Shown: positions 34,823-45,418 of the stretch, piece after piece
Layout: every line of letters begins with the position of its first letter
Position numbering within the stretch: the stretch's first letter is position 1
Assembly (NCBI GenBank): GCA_038845975.1
Contig: JAWBQF010000009.1
Span: 13,073-77,072 of the forward strand
Length of the DNA stretch: 64,000 nucleotides
DNA from: Candidatus Methanomethylicia archaeon
GTDB lineage: Archaea > Thermoproteota > Methanomethylicia > CALHIW01
Direction of reading: 5' to 3'
Notes under the pieces: model-generated
Databases searched by the model: none
Told to the model about the DNA's origin: nothing
Seen by the model: the letters and a program-made list of their open reading frames with translations, nothing else
Program-made: the position numbers and the translations under genes

Positions 34823-35059
34823 GTGCTAAACATATACATGCTGATTAAAACTAGTGCGACATTAAAAGAAATAATTGCACTTATACTTATGATGTCTCCA
34901 CCCTTAATTAACTACTTATTGAATACAGACCCACTAATACGTATTTCAGAGATTATAGCAGAAGCTCTCGGCTTAATAACTATACATTTCACAGTACTTG
35001 TATCGCTAGTCTCTTTTTCAATTGGAATATTAATATGTATAAATCTAGATAGAAAGTAA
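34823..35059 (+). CDS. Small hypothetical membrane protein
   Basis: Two hydrophobic segments; TATA-like tttatatt upstream; start uncertain. Confidence 0.45.
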   Translation: MLNIYMLIKTSATLKEIIALILMMSPPLINYLLNTDPLIRISEIIAEALGLITIHFTVLVSLVSFSIGILICINLDRK

Positions 35060-35221
35060 TACCATCAGTTAAATAAATATAGTATGATAGATTAGAGTTT
35101 ATTTAAATCTTGAAATCAATTCTAGATATTAGTTTCCTAATACTCTCAAATCATGAATAGTTAGAAGGGAAATTTAAACATGCTTAAGTTCATAAAAGTC
35201 TTTAATAAGTTATTCTAATTA

Positions 35222-36196
35222 AGCTTTGTGGCTTAATTAATTTTTGGTTTATTGAATCTTTAGTTTATGGATTGGAGGGTTGTTGATGAGTGTTTGATTA
35301 GGCGTGGTGAGCTTCTTCTTAGCCTGGAATTTCTGAAGGCTATGATTCTGAGCTTATGGATTTGAATCGTGGTAAGGTAGGTCATCCCTTCAAGCTTACT
35401 GTTAGGTATGTTGAATTCCTTATGGTTGTACGTTATCTCTTCTCAATGCCTTACAGGCAGCTTGAAGGCTTCACTAGGGCTTTAAATAGGCTTATCCCTA
35501 AGCTTCCATCAGTTGACTACTCTTGGGTTAGGAGACGTATATTAATGCTTAACCCATCTTTATACGATTCGTTGAGGGTTTCCAACGAGCCAGTCACTAT
35601 AGCCGTAGACTCGAGCGGTGTTAGCGTCCATAAGTCTGGTGGATGGGTTACACGTATGTATGGGAGGAGGAAGCGCTATATCAAGATCCACTTCGCAGTA
35701 GACGTTAAGACTAGGAGGTTTTAGCTATGGAGGTAACAACTGATGACGTTCACGACTCAGAAGCGGCATTAATTAAGGATGCCTCTAAGCTTAGGAGGGT
35801 TTCTGAAGCTGTTATGGATGGAGCTTACGATAACTCTGAAGCCTACAATCTCCTTAGAGGGATGGGCGTAAAACCCGTCATAAAGCCTAGACGTAATGCT
35901 AGAGATGATAGAGGTCCTCCGGAAAGACGTAGGATGGTTAGGCTTATCGGAAGGATGGGTGATGAAGGATGGGCGGGGATGATGGGCTACGGTAGACGTT
36001 GGGTTGAAACAACATTCTCAACATTCAAACGCCAGTATGGAGAATACTGCATGGCGAAAAACATGGAAAGCATAAAGAAAGAACTAGAAGCCAAAGCATA
36101 CATATACAACATGCTAATAAACCTATAAGGCAAAATCAAAAAGAAACATAAAATCAAAGAAGAGACCTAAACAACAAAGAATTAAGCCACAAAGCT
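35222..36196 (+). mobile_element. IS5-family element (IS903/ISH1-like)
   Basis: Perfect 17-bp TIR agctttgtggcttaatt / aattaagccacaaagct; visibly more GC-rich than host. Confidence 0.9.
35267..36128 (+). pseudogene. IS5-family transposase, frameshifted at ~35338 and ~35720
   Basis: MDWRVVDECLIRRGEL..., PYRQLEGF, AVDSSG, KIHFAVD, MDGAYD, RRWVETTFSTFK in three pieces. Confidence 0.88.
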
Positions 36197-36361
36197 CTAA
36201 ATAAAATATTAAGCATCATAAAACCAATATTAGTAAATCTCCTAATAATCCCACTCACCATATACAGAGTTTACCTTTCATCAAGCAATCTCCAATTATC
36301 GATAATTACCATAAACAAAGAAAGAACTAAATAAAGATAAAGTTCTAAGGCGCTATATTTG

Positions 36362-36380
36362 ACAAAACGCTTATATATAA
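36362..36380 (+). promoter_or_regulatory. BRE-TATA promoter of tbp
   Basis: caaaacgc-ttatatataa just upstream of the ATG. Confidence 0.65.
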
Positions 36381-36396
36381 TGTCTATTTATAAATA

Positions 36397-36957
36397 ATGA
36401 TTAGTATGTTTAAGCCTAACGTGAGGATTGAAAATGTTGTTGCTTCAGTAACATTAAATCAATCCATAGATCTTGATGCAGTATTTAGAAATGTACCAAA
36501 TGTTGAATATAATCCTGAACAATTTCCAGGTCTTGTGTTTAGACTTGATAAACCTAAAACTGCAACGCTGATATTTGCCTCAGGAAAAATGGTATGTACA
36601 GGTGCTAAAAGCGAGAAGGATGTTTATAGAGCTATAAAAAAGATAATTAAAATTCTTCGCAGCAGTGGAATTGTGATAGTAGGAGAAGCTGAAACAAAGA
36701 TCCAAAATATTGTAGCATCTGCAAATTTAAGCGCTGAGATAGATCTAGAAAAGGCTGCATTAACACTTGAAGATTCAATGTATGAGCCGGAGCAATTCCC
36801 GGGATTAATATATAGAATGAGAAAACCTAAAGTTGTTTTGTTACTATTTAGCTCAGGTAAAATTGTATGTACAGGAGCAAGACAGGAAAATGAAGTTTAC
36901 CAAGCTGTAGACTTGCTTTACAAGAAATTATACGAGTTAGAATTATTAAGAGTATAA
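36397..36957 (+). CDS. tbp: TATA-box binding protein
   Basis: Two repeats: NVVAS..YNPEQFPGL..LIFASGK and NIVAS..YEPEQFPGL..LLFSSGK. Confidence 0.98.
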   Translation: MISMFKPNVRIENVVASVTLNQSIDLDAVFRNVPNVEYNPEQFPGLVFRLDKPKTATLIFASGKMVCTGAKSEKDVYRAIKKIIKILRSSGIVIVGEAETKIQNIVASANLSAEIDLEKAALTLEDSMYEPEQFPGLIYRMRKPKVVLLLFSSGKIVCTGARQENEVYQAVDLLYKKLYELELLRV

Positions 36958-37162
36958 CTAGTAATAGCATCGTTTTATTAATGAATTCTCGTAAAACTAT
37001 TCAAGCTTTCTTCTTTATGTTTTCTATTAGGTTTCGTGAACTTAGCGATAGTGGTTGGAACTCATTAGACCTTTATATTCTCTTAAAACAGAAAACTGGT
37101 AGTTTAGAATTGGCAATAACATACACTAAATAGAATTCTATATGGTTTGTTACAGGCTAATG

Positions 37163-37585
37163 GGCTTTGTTAACTTTAGCTTTATTTTAAAGCTCTCTCC
37201 CTTATTTATGGTGTTAGTATGTCTAGAATTATTAGGTTTGTTAGGAAGAGAACTTCGTTTACTTTAGTTGTTTATGGTGCTATGTATTTCCGTTCATGTT
37301 CGTATAGAATTGCTTCAGATATTCTAAGCTTAATTATTGTTGTAGGAATTATGCATCCATATTGTCGTGGTTTAAATCTTTAAGCTTCCATTAAGTTTGA
37401 TATGAGAAGGAGTAATTGTATACCATGTATGAGGATAAGTGTGATGATGAATATGTATTAATGCTTATGAAGTCAACAGTATACATGCTAAACAAGATAT
37501 GAATCAATAAGAAGATAAAGCTAAGAATTCATAGAAAATACAAAACCAAAATAGAGGCAATAAACATGCTTAAGTTCACAAAGCC
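37163..37585 (+). mobile_element. IS6-family internal-deletion derivative (423 bp) with 8-bp TSD
   Basis: Both TIRs; flanks ggctaatg / agctaatg (7/8); same junction as 9520-9935. Confidence 0.9.
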
Positions 37586-38012
37586 AGCTAATGCTGGATA
37601 ATGTGCTTGCTAGGCATAGCATTACTTAATGGTCTTGAAGGTTTTAAGATATAAGAAGTATGCTTAAGGAAGTTACGAAGAACCACATACAAAAGTGATA
37701 GTTTACTTCAAGCGTAGGGGTAATATAAAGAATAAACCAAGAAATAGATATAAAGTCTAGATATAGAGGAACTAGCAACTTAAGAAGGAAGCTACAATAT
37801 GCTAAGTTGTCACGATCCATGGAGGATTACAAAGGTTAAATAGAAAACATATAGAAACATAGAGAACATTATTGAAAGGTTTACATGACCAACATCATTC
37901 AAGAAGGTAATTATAAGATATAATAGACTACATTAATATTCTTAACCCTCGTACAGGTAGTATACATAATAATTGCTTAAGGATTTTGCAACAACTTTAA
38001 TAGAAGATCAAA

Positions 38013-38339
38013 TTATTTATTCATCTCTTCAGAGGGAATATTCTGATTGATTATTTCCTTTAATTTTTCAATAACAAAGCCAGCAGCTACTCGTATTCCT
38101 TCATTTTCACTATTAAGAAGCTTAAGTAGCTTAGGATAAAATACGTTAATTAACTCCGGAATTTTTCTTACAATACTTGCAATTATATATGATGCTCTTA
38201 GCCTGACATATTCATTTCTATCACTTATTAAGGATAATAAAGCACTAAATGATTGATCGTTAATTACTTCATTAATCAGTAAATCATAGTCAATTAAATC
38301 TCCTTTAAGTTTAGACCTTAGCTCTGTTTTTGATGGCAT
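38013..38339 (-). CDS. Small HEAT-repeat protein
   Basis: LLSLISDRNEYVRLRA and LLKLLNSENEGIRVAA repeats. Confidence 0.8.
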   Translation of the reverse strand: MPSKTELRSKLKGDLIDYDLLINEVINDQSFSALLSLISDRNEYVRLRASYIIASIVRKIPELINVFYPKLLKLLNSENEGIRVAAGFVIEKLKEIINQNIPSEEMNK

Positions 38340-38598
38340 ATTTCCCCCAGTGATGATACTTTCTTCTTAATTCAACATTGTTAGAACGAAAGTTTTCAAT
38401 TAAAACCCTATTTATACTAACATAAGTCTGTATAATATTAATCATATCACTAGTTAAGCTGCATCCTTAAAAGCTTTTCATTGAAAAGATAAATTAGAGT
38501 TATTTAGATCATAATTTCTGAGTTGAGTACATTAACATGCATAGTAAAAGATAATACCTATCTTAAAGTATTATTAATATGCCCAGTCGGTGAGTTAA

Positions 38599-39759
38599 AT
38601 GCCAACTAATTTGCCAGCCGAGGCTAAAGCAAAGTGGATTAGGGCGATGCAAATAAGTAACCCTTATGAAAAAATAATAGCTTTACAAGATTTTCTTTCA
38701 TCTATTCCTAAGCATAAGGGTACTGAAAAGCTAGTAAGCCATGTTAAACATCAAATAGCCACTTTAAAAAGAGAAATTGAAGAAAGAGAAAAGCATAGAA
38801 AATCCATAATTTCAAAGTCTGAATATGCTATTAAAAGAGAAGGAGCTGCACAGATAGTTCTTGTGGGAATGACAAAATCGGGTAAGAGTAGCCTTTTAAA
38901 GTTATTAACTAACGCTAAAGTTGAAATATCTGATTATCCATTTGCTACAAAGAAACCAGCAGTAGGAATGCTGCCATATGAAGATATAGCTTTCCAATTA
39001 GTGGAAGTTCCATCTATAATAGGTGAAAATGAAGGAATCATAGGGGGTGCTCAAGCTTTAAATCTTATTAGGAATTCCGATGGAATACTCATAATTTTAA
39101 ATGGGGCAAACGATGTATTTAAACAGTTTGAAACTATAAAGAAAATACTAGAAGAAGCTAGAATTTTAATACATAAACCTCACGGGTATGTGCAAATTGA
39201 AAAAAGAAGAGCTGGGGCTGGAATTCAAGTTATTGGTAAAGTTTCAAATGCTACAGTTGAAGATGTTAAAAAGCTCTTATTAAGCTACAAAATTAATAAC
39301 GCAATTATAAGATGTTTTGGTGAAGTAACAATAGATGATGTTGAAGATGCTATATTTGAGAACACTACTTATAAGCCATCAATTGTAATTATTAATAAAA
39401 TAGATATTGCTAAAATAGTTGTTGAAGATGTTAGGAAAGTCATAGCTGGCATTCCAATTATATGTACATCATGTAAAAACCTAGCAGGCATTGATGTGAT
39501 AGGAAAAACAATATTTAAAACTTTAGAAATTATTAGAATCTATACAAAAAAACCTTTAGAAAAAGAACCTTTTGGAAAACCGTTCATCAGTAGAAAAGGA
39601 ATAACTGTTTTGGAGCTTGCTAAGAGTATACATAGTGAATTTTACGAGAAATTCTCATATGCACGTGTATGGGGACCATCTGCAAAGTACCCAGGCGAAA
39701 AAGTGGGATCAAATCATGTTCTCGAAGATGGGGATATAGTAGAAATTCACACTAAATAA
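38599..39759 (+). CDS. DRG/OBG-family GTPase with TGS domain
   Basis: PKHKGTEKL, GMTKSGKS, YPFAT, NKID, ARVWG, HVLEDGDIVEI. Confidence 0.94.
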   Translation: MPTNLPAEAKAKWIRAMQISNPYEKIIALQDFLSSIPKHKGTEKLVSHVKHQIATLKREIEEREKHRKSIISKSEYAIKREGAAQIVLVGMTKSGKSSLLKLLTNAKVEISDYPFATKKPAVGMLPYEDIAFQLVEVPSIIGENEGIIGGAQALNLIRNSDGILIILNGANDVFKQFETIKKILEEARILIHKPHGYVQIEKRRAGAGIQVIGKVSNATVEDVKKLLLSYKINNAIIRCFGEVTIDDVEDAIFENTTYKPSIVIINKIDIAKIVVEDVRKVIAGIPIICTSCKNLAGIDVIGKTIFKTLEIIRIYTKKPLEKEPFGKPFISRKGITVLELAKSIHSEFYEKFSYARVWGPSAKYPGEKVGSNHVLEDGDIVEIHTK

Positions 39760-40538
39760 AATTATGAACTCCAGAATATAGAAACGAGTAAGTCATAAAA
39801 GCTATTTAAAACAGACTTAACCATCTAAGAGTTCATTAAACCCTGCTTGCTATGAAAAGCAGAACTTTATCACTCTTCTAACAGCTTTTAGTTATTGAAC
39901 CTTTGCCATAAGAGGGTTTCTTTAGTCATCTCTTTAATGTTTATTATTAAGTCATGCTTAAAGCTTGATATTATTTTTCATACATTTCTTATCTACATAT
40001 AGTCTATCCCTTAATAAGTATATGCCATGTTATAGTTAATATTTTTCTCAATGTCACTACAGCTACTTTCATATTCTCTATTAGTTTTAACTCTTAAAAG
40101 GAAATATAAGCTTCGAATTTTTTAGCTTTGATATTGTCATTGCTACTTTAATCATAATTCTTCAAGCATTTAAAGTAGCCTTTGTTATTCTGCTAGTGTA
40201 CGTTATGGTAACCTGAAAAGTTTGTCAGAGCTATTGGCTATAGTATTTTGAATAATTTTGTATTTTTTCAGTTATTAATGGTATTTTTAGATCTATTTTG
40301 CTATTTTATTTTTGTTTTGAATATCTCATGTTATTTCTCTCTTTCTTTAATTTTTATAGCTATAAAGTTTCATGAAGATATTTTAGCAGGTATATTGTCT
40401 TAACTATTGATGAATCATTATGTGCGTTATTTATTTCTAGATCATGATAGCTATAAGTAAATCTACATGTAACCACTTAAATAAATTTATCTCTAGGTTT
40501 AAGATATATCAATAAATGACCTCGTACAGGGGAAAAAA

Positions 40539-41426
40539 TTGAAGGTTCTTATCGTTTATGAAGGAAAAAGACCAAACTGGGCTTGTATGGAGCTTATCAA
40601 TGAGCTTAAAGTCAGAGGAACTACTACAATAGTATTGCCTGTTACTAGGATTACAGCAGCAATAAATTTTGAGAAGGCCTTCTTTACATCAAAGTTGTCT
40701 CTTGACGATATTAGTGGAGTGTTACTAAGGAGTATAGGATTAATACTGACAGATGACCAGTTCATGCGTAGAACATCGCTTTTTAAACATATGGAAAAAA
40801 ACGGAATTCCAGTTATGAACCCTATAGATGGGCTTAGAAAGGCTAGAGATAAGTATATGTCATTATGTATTCTTTCAAGACATAAGATTCCTGTTCCACA
40901 AACTATAATTACTGAGGATTTAGTTACAGCCTATCAAGCTGTAACTAGACTTAAAGTCGCTGTTATTAAGCCTTTAATAGGATCTAGAGGATTTGGATCG
41001 GTTAAAGTTGAGGATCCGGATGTTGCATTTAGAATAATGAAAACAATTCTAAGTTTTGGCCAAACATTGTATGTACAAGAATATATTCCTAAGAAAAATG
41101 ATAGGGATATAAGGGCATTTGTTGTAGGTGATAGTGTTATTGCATCTATGTACAGGTATGCTCCTGTTAATTCATGGAAAACAAATGTTGCCCAAGGGGC
41201 TAAAACAGAGCCATGTAAGTTAACTGATGAACTAACAGAACTAGCGATAAAAGTAACAAAGATCTTAAACCTTTGGTATTCTGGTGTAGATATAGTTGAA
41301 GGAGAGAATGGGCCATTTGTACTTGAGGTTAACGGTGCTCCTGATTGGAGAGGATTGAGAGAGGCAACAGGAGTTAACCCAGCCCCATTCATTGTTAGCT
41401 ACCTAATAAGTAGGGCGAAGAAGTAA
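40539..41426 (+). CDS. RimK/LysX/MptN-family ATP-grasp amino acid ligase
   Basis: DKY, KPLIGSRGFG, QEYI, DIRAFVVG, WKTNVAQG, GVD, EVN. Confidence 0.92.
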   Translation: MKVLIVYEGKRPNWACMELINELKVRGTTTIVLPVTRITAAINFEKAFFTSKLSLDDISGVLLRSIGLILTDDQFMRRTSLFKHMEKNGIPVMNPIDGLRKARDKYMSLCILSRHKIPVPQTIITEDLVTAYQAVTRLKVAVIKPLIGSRGFGSVKVEDPDVAFRIMKTILSFGQTLYVQEYIPKKNDRDIRAFVVGDSVIASMYRYAPVNSWKTNVAQGAKTEPCKLTDELTELAIKVTKILNLWYSGVDIVEGENGPFVLEVNGAPDWRGLREATGVNPAPFIVSYLISRAKK

Positions 41427-42532
41427 TGATAAACGATCATTACGAAGTCGAGACTCCGCAGTACGTTGTTCTAGGTAGCAATATACTAGAAGAAAAGCTT
41501 AAAGAAATAAATATACTTAAAAGAATTAAGGTAGCATTAATAGTAACAGGACCTACTAAAACACGAGAATATGGAGAAATAGTTAAAAACATTTTAACTG
41601 ATATGAATATTAAAGTGTTCACATATTCACTAAGTAATGCCTTTGATAAGATGCAAGATAAATATATCAATGAAGTCAAATCTATACTGAATATAGCATT
41701 TCAAAATAATGCTCGGATAATATTAGGTGTAGCTGGAGGAAAGGTATTTGATATTGTTAAAGCATGTAGTGAACTCTTATCAGTACCGTATATTAGCATT
41801 CCAACTGCAGCTTCACATGATGGAATTAGTTCACCCATAATTAGTTATCCAATATTTGAAGTTATATCTAATAAAATTCCATTAAAATCAAGTAGAGTAA
41901 GACCTCCAATTGCAATACTAGCTGATACAGCAATAGCATCAAAATCAGACAGAAGATTATTATATGCAGGCTGTGGAGATCTTATTGCTAAATTTACTGC
42001 AATATTGGATTGGAAGCTTGCACATAAACGTCTTAAAGAAAAATTTAATGAATATGCTGCAGCTATGTCTATGTTAGGTTTTAAAATTATCAAGAATAGA
42101 AGGAAGATTATAAATTTAGCTACTGAGAAAAGTTATAGAATCGTATTGAAGGCTTTAATTGCTGTAGGAGTTGCTGCAGGATTTGTTTCTAGTAGTAGAC
42201 CTTTAAGTGGTTCTGAACATATCTTTAGCCATACCTTAGAAATGCTATCATATAAATACGGATTTAGGCCGGCACTCCACGGGGAACAGTGCGGTATTGG
42301 AACAATAATCATGGCATATCTACATGGTAAAAATTGGAGGCTAATTAAGAATATATTAAAGGAAATAGGTACTCCTACTAATGCCAATGAATTGGGCATT
42401 GAAGAAAAATATCTAATTGAAGCTCTTGTTACATCTAGAAGAATAAGACCAACAAGATATACAATTCTAAATGAGAGAAATATATCTTACGAAGAAGCAA
42501 GGAAAATTCTATATGAAGTAGAAGTTATTTAA
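41426..42532 (+). CDS. egsA: sn-glycerol-1-phosphate dehydrogenase
   Basis: GG.VFDIVK, PTAASHDGISS, GDL.AK, SGSEHIFSH, LHGEQCG. Confidence 0.93.
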   Translation: MINDHYEVETPQYVVLGSNILEEKLKEINILKRIKVALIVTGPTKTREYGEIVKNILTDMNIKVFTYSLSNAFDKMQDKYINEVKSILNIAFQNNARIILGVAGGKVFDIVKACSELLSVPYISIPTAASHDGISSPIISYPIFEVISNKIPLKSSRVRPPIAILADTAIASKSDRRLLYAGCGDLIAKFTAILDWKLAHKRLKEKFNEYAAAMSMLGFKIIKNRRKIINLATEKSYRIVLKALIAVGVAAGFVSSSRPLSGSEHIFSHTLEMLSYKYGFRPALHGEQCGIGTIIMAYLHGKNWRLIKNILKEIGTPTNANELGIEEKYLIEALVTSRRIRPTRYTILNERNISYEEARKILYEVEVI

Positions 42533-42910
42533 TATTAAATGCTGAGTTAAAGCAAATTCAACTGTATTTATCGTTTCTACATATCATTGTTGGTTTGAAA
42601 TTCTAATACATTCATATTATTATTTTTAGGATTTAATTTACAATTATTATGATGAAGTTAATGTAATAAGATAACAATTGTGCTGAGATGGCTGTTTCAA
42701 TACAATTCAGTAACCCATTAATTTAAAAATAGAATCATTACAGATTTATCAATTGTTGCTTAAAAAAATTATAACATAACCTGTCCAAGTACCAATTAAG
42801 CCTAGGATTATTTTCCTGCTCTTATCTTCCTGACCATTATACTTGAGAAACAACATAAGAAAAGGATGTTGAAAATACTAAGCTCTCTAAACTTGGGTTT
42901 TATATAACTA

Positions 42911-44212
42911 TTAAGGATGAATTCTATTAATGAGTCTTGGGAAAGCTATGGCATCTCTAATATGTTTGAGCTTGCATATCCACATAACTGTTCTCTCAAT
43001 ACCTAGGCCAAAGCCTGAATGAGGAACTGATCCCCATCTTCTAAGATCAATATACCAATAATAATCATTAGGATTTAAATCGTTTTCATTTATTCTTTGT
43101 AGTAGTTCATTAGTATCATCAATTCTTTGACCTGAACCTATTATTTCACCATAGCCTTCTGGGGCTAATAAATCTGCACTTAAGGTTACTTCAGGTCTCG
43201 TTGGATCAATTTTATGATAAAATGCTTTAATATGTTTCGGGAAATGAGTGACGAAAAATGGGGTGGTAAACTTTAAAGCAAGCTTCTTTTCAGTAACCCA
43301 TGTAAGATCATCTCCCCAGTTTATTTGAACCCCGTCTTCTTTAAGAATTTCAATAGCTTTATCGTATGTTATTCTTGGGAATGGAGGTTTAATTCTAATT
43401 AGATCCTCAGGATTTCTACCAAGTAGTTTTAGAGTATCATGCAAATCTTCAGCAACTCTATGTAGTATATATGTTATAAGTTGCTCCTCAATCTTTAAAA
43501 GACATTCAAAATCACAAAACGGAATTTCAGCTTCAAGATGCCAATACTCAGTTAGATGCCTTCTAGTTCTTGACTTTTCAGCTCTAAATGATGGTGCAAT
43601 GGTATATATTCTACCAAGGCTAGCAATTCCAGCTTCAGCATAAAGCTGCCAACTTTGAGTTAAATATACAGTTTTACCGAAATAGTTTACAGAAAACAAT
43701 GTTGCTCCACCTTCACATGCAGTAGAAGTAAGTATTGGTGCATGAAATTCTATAAATTCATTCTCTCTGAACCATTCTCTAGCAGCTTCAATTATTTTTG
43801 CTCTAACTTTGAGTATCATGAACATTTTACGACTTCTTATCCATAAATGCCTATTATCTAATAGGAAACTGGGTCCATGATATTTTTTAGCTATAGGAAA
43901 ATCATCCTCAGCTCTATGTAAAATCTTTATGTTTTCAGCTAAAATTTCATAGCCTCCAGGAGCTCTTTTATCAGCTCTTGAAACTCCGTGGATTTCAAGA
44001 ACAGATTCTATGTTCAGTTTATCTACTTCTCTAATAATGTTTTCACTGATAGTATCCTTTTTTAAAACACACTGTATAAAGCCAGTCCCATCCCTGACAA
44101 TAAGAAATAGCATACCACCTAAAGATCTTTTATTATGAAGCCAGCCTCTAATACTAACTTTTCCCTCATATCCATTTAGAATTTTAGATATGTTAATAAA
44201 CACCATCAGCAC
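42911..44212 (-). CDS. asnS: Asparagine--tRNA ligase
   Basis: IRGW, RHLWIRS, CEGGATLF, LTQSWQLY, FRAEKSRTRRHL, YGEIIG. Confidence 0.95.
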   Translation of the reverse strand: MLMVFINISKILNGYEGKVSIRGWLHNKRSLGGMLFLIVRDGTGFIQCVLKKDTISENIIREVDKLNIESVLEIHGVSRADKRAPGGYEILAENIKILHRAEDDFPIAKKYHGPSFLLDNRHLWIRSRKMFMILKVRAKIIEAAREWFRENEFIEFHAPILTSTACEGGATLFSVNYFGKTVYLTQSWQLYAEAGIASLGRIYTIAPSFRAEKSRTRRHLTEYWHLEAEIPFCDFECLLKIEEQLITYILHRVAEDLHDTLKLLGRNPEDLIRIKPPFPRITYDKAIEILKEDGVQINWGDDLTWVTEKKLALKFTTPFFVTHFPKHIKAFYHKIDPTRPEVTLSADLLAPEGYGEIIGSGQRIDDTNELLQRINENDLNPNDYYWYIDLRRWGSVPHSGFGLGIERTVMWICKLKHIRDAIAFPRLINRIHP

Positions 44213-44271
44213 CTCTCTTATATCTTATTGTAAGCGGGATGAGACTTTTAAATATATCCATATATTTAATT

Positions 44272-44885
44272 AAACACTTTAATAAGATTTTGTGACTGGT
44301 TTTATGATGTTTTCGGCTTTTGTATGTAGAGTTATCGGCTATTTAGGAATATTGATCATTGAGGTTAATAGGTTATATATTAATGCCGAGTTGAGAGAAA
44401 GAAAGAGTAATGTAAGTATTAGATGTCTGGATAGAGTATCCAGATGTAGGCTTTTAGAGAGTTGAGCACGGATTATGAAGCTACAATAAGCCTGTTATGT
44501 TTATTTTAGTTAGTAGAGATAAAAGTGAAAATCATGTTTCATCAAACAGTATTGAATCCAACCAGCTCTCAAGTAATAGCTAGACGAGTTGAGGACTTTA
44601 ACTATACATTAATAGCTTCAAACCATATATGGGATTGCATGAGTTAGGGTATAGGTATGAATATGTGAGCTGGAAATGAATGGACTATAGAAGAACACAT
44701 AAACAACTACAAGAACGAAGAGTTAATACTGAGAACACGACTAACCATTCAAAAAGAATATGTAGGGATAATATAAGCTTATACTTAATAGCATTTAAAA
44801 CATGCAGAAGACAGAGAAACACAAGCAATATTAAATCCTAAAGTCATTACGCATCAATAGTCACAACAATTTCATTAAAGAGCAG
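44272..44885 (+). pseudogene. Degraded IS1595-family element
   Basis: Colinear with reverse complement of 30401-31010; imperfect ~24-bp TIR (cactttaataagattttgtgact vs ctctttaatgaaattgttgtgact). Confidence 0.7.
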
Positions 44886-45381
44886 AATTAAATTCTACAG
44901 CCCATATAAAAAATCTTCATTACTCTTATTATAAAAGCAAACCTCTAAAAGATCCAGCTTTACAATTCTTCTATAACTCTAGTTATTGATCATTTGTATC
45001 TTATTGATAGATTTATTTTTCCTTTATAGTTTTAGTTTATGTAACTTCTATCTTCTGAATGAATTTATATTGCTGGCTTCTAAGTTTATTAATGGCGCTA
45101 TGTGCTCCCATTATAGCTCATACAATGTTATTTAGATAAAGTTAACTACGCAAATAATAGAGAACATGATCAGGAATAAGAGTAGAGGAAACAACTACAA
45201 AATCTTATCCAGAATAGGAAGGATAATAGAGATTCCATTAAATCGAACTACTGATTCAGATTCATAAGAGCAATATTCTAGCTATCAAAATAATTTTATC
45301 AATATTAACATCAAACATAATTCAATTGATAAGAACTAGAGTTTTAAGGGGGAAAGATACATTGATGAAGCAGTTATGGTT

Positions 45382-45418
45382 TTAATCATCGCTTATTACT
45401 ATTCATAGCGATGATTAA
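45382..45418 (-). terminator. 12-bp perfect hairpin overlapping stop of KaiC-like gene
   Basis: ttaatcatcgct-13nt-agcgatgattaa; terminator role is inference. Confidence 0.4.

Noticed and set aside
35330-35730. Programmed frameshifting in the IS5 transposase
   Set aside because: Two separate shifts, additional small deletions and no clear slippery site; decay is the simpler explanation.
35213-36205. Target-site duplication of the IS5 element
   Set aside because: Flanks ctaatta / ctaaata match only 6/7 in AT-rich sequence; not convincing.
37590-37996. Transposase remnant sharing aggaagct.caatatgctaagttg with ~31015-31045
   Set aside because: The shared block is real, but family and boundaries cannot be determined by eye.
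42648-42690. ATGATGA...CTGA possible C/D RNA (similar weak cases at ~2070, ~11475-11525, ~47385-47410)
   Set aside because: Internal D'/C' boxes or terminal stems are missing; expected by chance in AT-rich DNA.
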